From sequence record MN871447.1: DNA of 64,000 nucleotides. One strand, 5' to 3'. The notes under the pieces were generated by a model, which made no database searches, was not told where the DNA came from, and saw only the letters and a program-made list of their open reading frames with translations. Below are positions 57,499 to 64,000 of the stretch, one piece after another; the stretch's first letter is position 1, and each line of letters begins with the position of its first letter. Made by a program: the position numbers and the translations under genes.

Positions 57499-58455
57499 TT
57501 AATTCGTTTTATCCCATTCCAACAGAATAAGGTCTACCAACTTTTCTTTTTGGGTCTGGTTAAGACCATCTCCCAAAAAGAAATAAATAAGGTCTTTTAC
57601 GACGACTTCTTTTTTATTATCGTAATCAGGGGCGAGGAGAGCGACACGACGTTTTATCTCATCTGGATTAGTCAGAGAGAGGTCAATAAGAGGTGAATTG
57701 ATATTAATGAATTTTTCTGTCAAAAAATTCAGTTCAGCAGGGTCATTAAGATCTATCACATACTTATTTCGCGAGCTTTCATTTACTGGGGTGGGTGTAA
57801 AACTCGGATCAGGGCGGTCGTTTGGCATTAACCCAGTTACCGTGAATTGCGGTGTGCGATACGATGAAAGATCTGGGGATTTACATTTACCAAAAATATC
57901 ATTGATTTTTTCAGTAATATGTTCTTCATGGGTTGGCTGAGGGGCAATTTCCAATTGGTCGTTGATATATCCATTAAAAATAAGATCGAATCCGGTAATG
58001 TTAACATTACCATTATTTCCCTCGGCTTCTTTACTCGTGTCTAATGTAGGATAAATATAACGCCCATTGACGGATAAACGTGGATAAAAACTGAATTCAC
58101 CGTCACGTAATCCGTTTGCATACTGGAGGAAATGTTCGTGTGGGGTATTGGGGTTCAGTAATGTGATTTTGACCGAATAAATTGTTCCGGAAAGATCGCC
58201 CTGAAGCTGATGGGTATTTAGGGTGAATTTGGCTTCGGATAAAGAAGGGAAATAATCCATTTGGTTATTTTTATCTTTAGCTTCTTCACGAGACACAACG
58301 GAAACATAAGCCAAAATAGGCGGAGTAGTTTGTTTTACGGCGCTTATTACCTGGGCTACTTTATCAATGGGCAGCAGGCAGGCTTTAGCAACATCCTGCA
58401 ATGAGAAATAAACGATCATGGAGTCGTTACTTACAATTTTTACTTGATGGTTCAT
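57499..58455 (-). CDS. AT-rich hypothetical protein, possible NUMOD1-like DNA-binding N-terminus
   Basis: 318-aa ORF opposite to flanking genes; VYFSLQDVAKAC resembles NUMOD1/IENR1 helix; no nuclease motif seen. Confidence 0.55.
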   Translation of the reverse strand: MNHQVKIVSNDSMIVYFSLQDVAKACLLPIDKVAQVISAVKQTTPPILAYVSVVSREEAKDKNNQMDYFPSLSEAKFTLNTHQLQGDLSGTIYSVKITLLNPNTPHEHFLQYANGLRDGEFSFYPRLSVNGRYIYPTLDTSKEAEGNNGNVNITGFDLIFNGYINDQLEIAPQPTHEEHITEKINDIFGKCKSPDLSSYRTPQFTVTGLMPNDRPDPSFTPTPVNESSRNKYVIDLNDPAELNFLTEKFININSPLIDLSLTNPDEIKRRVALLAPDYDNKKEVVVKDLIYFFLGDGLNQTQKEKLVDLILLEWDKTN

Positions 58456-58557
58456 CTTGACCGTACCTTTTCTTTGTTAGAGCCTCCTAGCGGGCTCATA
58501 GTAGCTGTGGGTACGTATTTTTTGTTATGAGATCAATTTATCACGAAGGGTCAGATT

Positions 58558-60522
58558 ATGTTTAATTTTGCCAAAGCCGCATTTGGAATGGTTGAAGTAG
58601 AAGAAGCGAACGGAAAGATTAAGGTCACCGCTATTCGTTCTAAGGACGCTTTAGGGGAAATTTATAATACCTGGCGTACCTCTCGTATCGAACAAAGTAT
58701 GTTCACTAAGATTACGCCTTACAGTATCGAATTTTACAGTTTCTTCGCGGTAGAGTTTGTTTACATTCTCGATCAGATTATCGCCAAACAGGGGCGAAGT
58801 ATGATTGCGAAGAAAACATTGAAACAAGTGAAAGAAGGTATTCTCACTAATACTTGGATGCGGTCTACTCAGGTAGATCACGACCCTATTCTAGATCGTA
58901 GTAAACTGAGTCTGTTTACCAAAAGCCCGCTGCGCCATCAAATGGAATTCATCGATCATTACGATACTGTTGTTCCTAAATGGCAGCTCAGCGGTTACTG
59001 TATGGCTATGAATACTGGGTCCGGGAAAACCTTGTCTTCGTTAATGATCGCAGAAATGCTCAATGTTGATATCATTATCATGGTATCATTAAAAGCGTCT
59101 ATTTATCGTGTCTGGGAAGATGCGATGCAAAATGATTACAAAAAGACACCTGAGTACTGGGTTCAGGCACGAGATGGATCATTGCCCTCGGGAACTTTAC
59201 CGAAGTATTTAATCTACCATATGGAAGCCATTGGTAAATTACTGGAAGATTCCGGGCGATTCACTGGTAAGAAAATTGCATTAATCCTCGACGAATCTCA
59301 CAAACTGAATGAGCTTAGTTCTCAGCGCACTCAAGATATTTTACAATTTTGTAAGCGTATACAACCCGTTACAACGTTATGGGCTTCCGCAACACCGATC
59401 AAAGCGTATGGTTCAGAAGCTATCCCAATGCTGGCGACGTTTGATAAGATGATGACGTTAGAGGCCATGGAAGCCTTTAAGAAACTATACGGGAAGTCAA
59501 GTAAGAAATGTTTTGACATCATACGTCATCGTATGGGCAATGTCATGTTTAAAGTGGAAATTGTTAAAACCAACCCAATCATCGAGAATGTTCCGATCAA
59601 ACTGAAAGACCCGGATAGGTTTTTACTGTCTACGTTGAAAATGGACATGAAAGACTATATTCTGGAGCGGATTGAGTACTGGAAAAAACTTGAGCCGCAA
59701 GTTAAGTTAGGTTACTATTCTGGCGTAGACAAATATGCTCGTACTGTTAAGACTAAAGAACAAGAAGCTCAATTAAAACAATACCAACGTTTTGTTGAGC
59801 AAATCTCTAAAACCACCGATTACCAAATGGTGAAAGAAGAGATGATGTTCTGTAATAAGTTTGAAAAGAATTTAATCGAGCCTTTGCTGCGCGGGGAAGA
59901 GTTAAAGAATTTCCGCAGTTACAAATCAGTGATCAAATATTTACCGTTAAAAGTTCGTGGTGAGTGTTTAGGTAACGTCGTAGGGAAGCGCAGAGAAGAA
60001 GTTACACTTGCTTTAATCGCGGAGTGTGATCTTCCTAAATACATTAAAGCGGCAGAGAAGAAAACTATCATTTTTACTAGCTACGTGAAAGCGGTAGAAA
60101 TGACAGAAAACTATCTGGTGTCGAAAGGATTCAAACCTGTAACCGTTTACGGGGAAGGTGAGGATTTAACTAAACAAGTAAAACGGTTCTTTGATGACAG
60201 CGGCATCAACCCATTAATTGCAACCTATCAAAGTTTGTCTACTTCGGTCCCCTTGATCGCAGCGAACGTTATTTTAGCCATCAACGCGCCATTCCGCGAT
60301 TACATCATGGAACAGGCTATCGGTCGTATCGACCGTATTAACCAAAGCGCCCAAACTTATGTCTTTAAATTCTATTTGGAGACATCGGAACCTAACATCA
60401 GTAGTCGAACACTTGATATCTTAACCTGGTCGGAAGAACAAGTGAACCAAATACTTGGTGTGAAAGAGGAGGCGGTAGCCCTGGAAGCTTGGTCACTTGA
60501 AGCCATTCCGCAATACACGTAG
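58558..60522 (+). CDS. SF2 (SNF2/UvsW-like) DNA helicase (phiKZ gp75-like)
   Basis: MNTGSGKT (I), ILDESH (II), WASATP (III), IIFTSY (IV), QSLSTSVPL (V), QAIGRIDR (VI). Confidence 0.9.
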   Translation: MFNFAKAAFGMVEVEEANGKIKVTAIRSKDALGEIYNTWRTSRIEQSMFTKITPYSIEFYSFFAVEFVYILDQIIAKQGRSMIAKKTLKQVKEGILTNTWMRSTQVDHDPILDRSKLSLFTKSPLRHQMEFIDHYDTVVPKWQLSGYCMAMNTGSGKTLSSLMIAEMLNVDIIIMVSLKASIYRVWEDAMQNDYKKTPEYWVQARDGSLPSGTLPKYLIYHMEAIGKLLEDSGRFTGKKIALILDESHKLNELSSQRTQDILQFCKRIQPVTTLWASATPIKAYGSEAIPMLATFDKMMTLEAMEAFKKLYGKSSKKCFDIIRHRMGNVMFKVEIVKTNPIIENVPIKLKDPDRFLLSTLKMDMKDYILERIEYWKKLEPQVKLGYYSGVDKYARTVKTKEQEAQLKQYQRFVEQISKTTDYQMVKEEMMFCNKFEKNLIEPLLRGEELKNFRSYKSVIKYLPLKVRGECLGNVVGKRREEVTLALIAECDLPKYIKAAEKKTIIFTSYVKAVEMTENYLVSKGFKPVTVYGEGEDLTKQVKRFFDDSGINPLIATYQSLSTSVPLIAANVILAINAPFRDYIMEQAIGRIDRINQSAQTYVFKFYLETSEPNISSRTLDILTWSEEQVNQILGVKEEAVALEAWSLEAIPQYT

Positions 60523-60546
60523 CAAAAAAAAAGAATATAGCGGATA

Positions 60547-60580
60547 GTTTCCCTACTGCCACTAGGCAGTAGGGAAACTT
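60547..60580. terminator. Bidirectional terminator hairpin
   Basis: agtttccctactgcc-acta-ggcagtagggaaact 15-bp stem; T-run on the minus strand further downstream. Confidence 0.8.
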
Positions 60581-60583
60581 ATA

Positions 60584-60967
60584 TTAGTTTGCGTCTGTCA
60601 GATCAAGGAATTCAATTCCCATGAAAACACAGAGAGAAGGGTCAGTGGTCGAAGAGTTAGCGTACATGACCCGTATACGCGTATCATTGAATCGTGAGAC
60701 GGCCGCGGTAAACTCGATAGGGTGAATGTATTGCTCTGGACGAACCGGGTTCTTGAACGCTTTAGGGAACGCTGGGGGAAGGTTATCAACCTGATCGTAA
60801 TTCCATTCTCCCATCGCCGCGTATGTCTTGAGCATGATCGCCGCTTTTTGTTTGGCTTCCGCGACACACGGTTTAGCATATTTAACATCAGGCGATGCGT
60901 ATCCTTCTGCTGCAAAGGAGGTGGCGGAAATGACGGAGAGAATCAACGCGATAAAAATGTTTTTCAT
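60584..60967 (-). CDS. Secreted/periplasmic protein
   Basis: Sec signal MKNIFIALILSVISATSFA/AEG; two Cys in the mature part. Confidence 0.75.
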   Translation of the reverse strand: MKNIFIALILSVISATSFAAEGYASPDVKYAKPCVAEAKQKAAIMLKTYAAMGEWNYDQVDNLPPAFPKAFKNPVRPEQYIHPIEFTAAVSRFNDTRIRVMYANSSTTDPSLCVFMGIEFLDLTDAN

Positions 60968-61008
60968 TTATGAATTCCTTATTGACTGAAGTAAGTAGGA
61001 GGGGGTGT

Positions 61009-61554
61009 TTAAATACTAACGGCGAAATTAACCATGCCAAGTTCTAAAATTATTTCAGCCAACTTTTTACAGTTAGCGTAACTTGAATGTTCAAACGTAC
61101 GAACCATGTCGATGGTTAAACCATCAATGTTTTCATAGTCTTTCACGTTGAAGGTTTTAAAATTAACTTTACCTGCATCCGGGTCGTTAACGTAATCAGG
61201 TTTAAGGGGCAAAACAGAATCGATAATGTCGGAATAAAGTTCCTTAATTACACTCGCCGCCAGCGCGTCAGTATCGTAGCTACTAGTCTCAGTGATGATA
61301 GGTCCGACAAAATACAACGTTCCGTCATTGATGCCATAGCTAAAGGCTTGGACGCCAAGTGCTTCTAAAAATTTTAAGAAGTGACCCCAATGTTCATTTT
61401 CATTGTTTTCACGATACGTGTGCGTCGGACAAAATTTGTATTCAATACCCTTACTGTAAAGAAAGTTACAGTCTTTAATCTCTGACCCCAAAAATATTTT
61501 TGCACACGCTTCAACATATTTTTCGATTACGACTTCAGTTAATTTAATCCGCAT
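61009..61554 (-). CDS. Hypothetical protein, paralog of 61629..62165
   Basis: Alignable by eye: LTE...K.VE..AK.FL......CNF.Y....KF...W..FL..L...GV..FSY......LYF..PII.E. Confidence 0.75.
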   Translation of the reverse strand: MRIKLTEVVIEKYVEACAKIFLGSEIKDCNFLYSKGIEYKFCPTHTYRENNENEHWGHFLKFLEALGVQAFSYGINDGTLYFVGPIITETSSYDTDALAASVIKELYSDIIDSVLPLKPDYVNDPDAGKVNFKTFNVKDYENIDGLTIDMVRTFEHSSYANCKKLAEIILELGMVNFAVSI

Positions 61555-61628
61555 TTTAAATTCCTTAATATTAGTTTAGTTTGTTTATATTCACTAAATG
61601 AAAAATAAATTTCACTTTGACCGGAAAC

Positions 61629-62165
61629 TTAGCCATTGTACTCGATGGAAGTGATACCAAGATCACGATAGAGACTGGCCGCTTTAAGCGCTTCGAAATA
61701 TGTTAAAGTATCAAACCTTTCACCGAGAGCGTGAGCAAATTCGGTCGCAGAAGCGTAGCGCTGTGGACAGAACTCTTTGTAGAATAGCCGCTGCTGTTCT
61801 GTGATATCGAAATGACTCGCGGCACAATTACGAAGATATGGTTCGGTGAATAGTTCCCGTATCGTAATTATCGCGGTTGTATTAACTCGATGTGACGGAG
61901 CTTCGCTAATGATCGGGCTGATAAAGTAAAGTTCGTTGCGGTCAAAACAGTAACTGAAACCTTTGACGCCGATGAGATTAAGGTGGTAAAGAAAGTTTTC
62001 CCAAGGTGTCTTTTCACCTGGGGTTGGTACAGACGTCGATTGGAACTTAAAGTCGTACATGTCAGTGTAATAGAAATTACACGCTGTGACGTTCTCAGAT
62101 AAAAATCTTTTTGCGGCGAGTTCAACATGTTTCTTAACTTGGTCTTCTGTCAGGACAGTGTTCAT
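61629..62165 (-). CDS. Hypothetical protein, paralog of 61009..61554
   Basis: Same alignment; TAATG-type coupling with the upstream gene. Confidence 0.75.
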   Translation of the reverse strand: MNTVLTEDQVKKHVELAAKRFLSENVTACNFYYTDMYDFKFQSTSVPTPGEKTPWENFLYHLNLIGVKGFSYCFDRNELYFISPIISEAPSHRVNTTAIITIRELFTEPYLRNCAASHFDITEQQRLFYKEFCPQRYASATEFAHALGERFDTLTYFEALKAASLYRDLGITSIEYNG

Positions 62166-63043
62166 TATTTTACCTCATTTAATTTTTTGAAATAGCTCTT
62201 TATCAGGGCGCCTTCTTCGTTCAATTCAGTTTCGGAACATAAACTTTCTTTACGGTTCCGATTACTGACCTCATTAATTCTTCGTTCAATACCCTTCTCA
62301 TCGATATAATGCGGATATTTAAAATCTCGGTACCCGAATGCATCCAGTTGGCGAGCACGTTCATTAGTGATGTCTAAAGCCAATCCGATCTTTGCAAACG
62401 TTGCGCCTTTAGCTCTGGCCAGTGTAGCAAACATTCGACGTACTTTCGTAATATCTGATTTAACTTTATTTGTTATTTCGCCTTTCGCTATAGCTTTCTC
62501 AACAGCGCACTTTTTATCGTGATAAATTTTTTCCAATTCTTTCATCACAGTCGATTTATCCGATAAAATTTCTTTTGTTTTACTAAAAGTATTAGGGGCA
62601 TTATACATCGGCCAGATAGAGTAATAAGCTTCTTGGTAACCTTTTAACAGTTTCTGATCTTCATTAAACTGTTTTATTGCTGTTGGGATCTGGCTATCCT
62701 TGCAATAAGCTTGCCCATCGAGAAATGTAAAAAACTGATCTCTTTTTTCTCGGTTTCCCGGGAAACTTAAATTACAGAAGAATCGCGCTCCTTTCCTTGT
62801 GCGCTCTCTAACCGCCTGATGACCTACGCCCAGCAACGACCCGGTAAGTCCATAACTGAATCCTCGCAGTCTAACGAGTAATAAATAACACCATTCTGCT
62901 CTCCGTATCGTTATTTGTAATTGTTTCTTATTAACCGATTCTGTCGAATATATACGCGCTAATAAAAGCTGAGTTTCGATCTCATAGAGCAATTTACTGA
63001 ACTGCTTGACAAGTATTGTAACGAAATAAATTTTATCGTTCAA
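62165..63043 (-). CDS. Protein with two sigma70 region-4-like helix-turn-helix motifs
   Basis: RLRGFSYGLTGSLLGVGHQAVRERTRK and RAKGATFAKIGLALDITNERARQL; GGAGGA SD (ATG nearby not checked; track uses TTG). Confidence 0.65.
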   Translation of the reverse strand: MNDKIYFVTILVKQFSKLLYEIETQLLLARIYSTESVNKKQLQITIRRAEWCYLLLVRLRGFSYGLTGSLLGVGHQAVRERTRKGARFFCNLSFPGNREKRDQFFTFLDGQAYCKDSQIPTAIKQFNEDQKLLKGYQEAYYSIWPMYNAPNTFSKTKEILSDKSTVMKELEKIYHDKKCAVEKAIAKGEITNKVKSDITKVRRMFATLARAKGATFAKIGLALDITNERARQLDAFGYRDFKYPHYIDEKGIERRINEVSNRNRKESLCSETELNEEGALIKSYFKKLNEVK

Positions 63044-63076
63044 AATTTAATCCTCCGAATTATGTTATTCATTACA

Positions 63077-63084
63077 GTGATATA
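63077..63084 (-). promoter_or_regulatory. Early promoter-like core TATATCAC
   Basis: One mismatch to TATATTAC; directly after a terminator and upstream of the AT-rich island. Confidence 0.5.
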
Positions 63085-63093
63085 TACACAAAA

Positions 63094-63121
63094 CAGATTG
63101 GAGACTGATGTCTCCAATCTG
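63094..63121 (-). terminator. Intrinsic terminator
   Basis: cagattggagac-tgat-gtctccaatctg 12-bp stem; minus strand followed by TTTT. Confidence 0.85.
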
Positions 63122-63125
63122 TCAG

Positions 63126-63627
63126 TTATAAGTAAGGTTTTACTACCGCCCATCTTTCTTCTTCTGTTAGTTCGTCTAAATCACGACTAGTCGACCCTCT
63201 GCTGAAGTTACGACTAAACTTCTCACCTGCTTTATCATCGTCTCCCAAACAAACAAATTCGTAAGGAAGTAATAATAGTTGTTGTTTCAGTTGAGGGGAA
63301 AGGTCAGAACCTAATGCGCTCCAGCTATTTAAACCCAGGACATGGAGACTGGCTGATTTAAAGACAGACTCCGTTAAGAATACGGGACCGGGTTTCAGTT
63401 CTAATTTCTAAACCAAAAACACCGACGTTGCCGAGGAGTCTCGTGAAATAACGGGCCTCTTTTGGGTTCTTTGTTTTCTTGGGGGCGTCGGGTGTATAAA
63501 CCTGATAACCGCGCAGTTTATAATCGAAACCAAACAAAGGTACGGTAAGACTGGTTTCTGTTAACCAATTAGTCGGGTAGCGGTTTACGTCGTAATGACG
63601 TTCGAGCAAGTGTTCGGTTAAGTTCAT
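63126..63627 (-). pseudogene. TOPRIM (primase-like) gene split by one extra base near 63405-63407
   Basis: 5' frame ...GVFGLE; +1 frame continues KLELKPGPVFLTESVFKSASLH...VCLGDDDKAG...KPYL*; 502 nt total, one more than a 166-aa ORF. Confidence 0.75.
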
Positions 63628-63745
63628 GACTTGGTCTCTCTTTTATCTTGAGCTGAGTATTTTCATACGGGTTTGCAGTAACTGCGGAAAACAGATTTAA
63701 TCTTTGCATCCCGATAAAAATAGTAAGTGCGTTCTTAGCGAACAT
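63569..63745 (-). CDS. Possible small ORF (58 aa, MFAKNALTIF...)
   Basis: Strong AAGGAGG SD before ATG 63745, but overlaps the TOPRIM start by 59 nt. Confidence 0.35.
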   Translation of the reverse strand: MFAKNALTIFIGMQRLNLFSAVTANPYENTQLKIKERPSHELNRTLARTSLRRKPLPD

Positions 63746-63923
63746 GATTCCTCCTTTGGTTTAATTCTGATCTGGTCGGTTTTTCAGCATCGATAGGTTC
63801 TAGCCAAAAATGTTTACATTCCCTACATTCCCAAGTTATTTCATTGTCGTCCTCATCGTATACTTGAGAACAGTGCATAGCTTGGCACATAGGGCAATCC
63901 ATCCCGGTCCACTGGAACGTCAT
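63735..63923 (-). CDS. Small zinc-ribbon protein
   Basis: CPMC...WECRECKH; start at 63923 by ATGA overlap with the upstream GNAT stop. Confidence 0.7.
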   Translation of the reverse strand: MTFQWTGMDCPMCQAMHCSQVYDEDDNEITWECRECKHFWLEPIDAEKPTRSELNQRRNHVR

Positions 63924-64000
63924 GGTTTTACACACATGTATTTGGTTTGTTCCAGAAAACCCTGCGACTCATAGAATTTCTGGGCAATTACGTTAGAGAC
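63920..64000 (-). CDS. C-terminus of a second GNAT acetyltransferase (truncated by window edge)
   Basis: VSNVIAQKFYESQGFLEQTKYMCVKP*: the N..A..FY...GF GNAT motif. Confidence 0.7.
   Translation of the reverse strand, partial: VSNVIAQKFYESQGFLEQTKYMCVKP

Noticed and set aside
63358-63375. prfB-like +1 frameshift site (GGAG...CTT TAA) at the end of the 5' TOPRIM frame
   Set aside because: Shifting there would skip the TOPRIM FLTE glutamate and SD spacing differs from prfB; a single-base indel at 63405-63407 explains the split better
1-64000. tRNA, rRNA, group I intron, intein or stop-codon reassignment
   Set aside because: Intergenic gaps are short and explained by terminators/promoters; no cloverleaf, no intein C/HN termini noticed in helicase or polymerases; long ORFs are intact under code 11

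Overview
The window is a core-genome segment of a phiKZ-like jumbo myophage, probably a nucleus-forming Chimalliviridae member with SPN3US/Seoulvirus-like gene order. That assignment comes from recalled family features, not from a database search. It uses the standard genetic code, is densely coding, and I found no tRNA, rRNA or CRISPR. From left to right it holds: a tail fibre with NPH-x-VT-x-AQVGLGNV repeats; a lysis module (i-spanin with a fully embedded, unannotated o-spanin lipoprotein, plus a convergent two-TM holin candidate); thymidylate kinase; RuvC; baseplate proteins sharing an L[ND]GLxYP motif; the portal; an RGG-rich orphan; a non-virion RNAP beta fragment; the major capsid protein; a DnaB-like helicase; a GNAT; neck and tail proteins; a cluster of head-cargo paralogs with [AS]xE protease sites; baseplate wedge proteins; an M48-like HExxH virion protein; half of a split family-B DNA polymerase; a virion RNAP beta' fragment; a T4 gp26-like chaperone; an SF2 helicase; and an AT-rich early accessory island (secreted protein, tandem paralogs, double sigma-4 HTH protein, frame-disrupted TOPRIM gene, Zn ribbon, partial second GNAT). 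The strongest new signal is a probable programmed -1 ribosomal frameshift at G GGT TTT TTT (56285-56294). It would fuse the gp26-like chaperone to the next ORF, giving a lambda G/GT-like tail-chaperone pair with no tape-measure gene nearby. Other notable signals are hairpins directly abutting the TATG late-promoter core, an RGG/aromatic condensate-type region, and a possible second frameshift fusing a baseplate protein to a GNAT.
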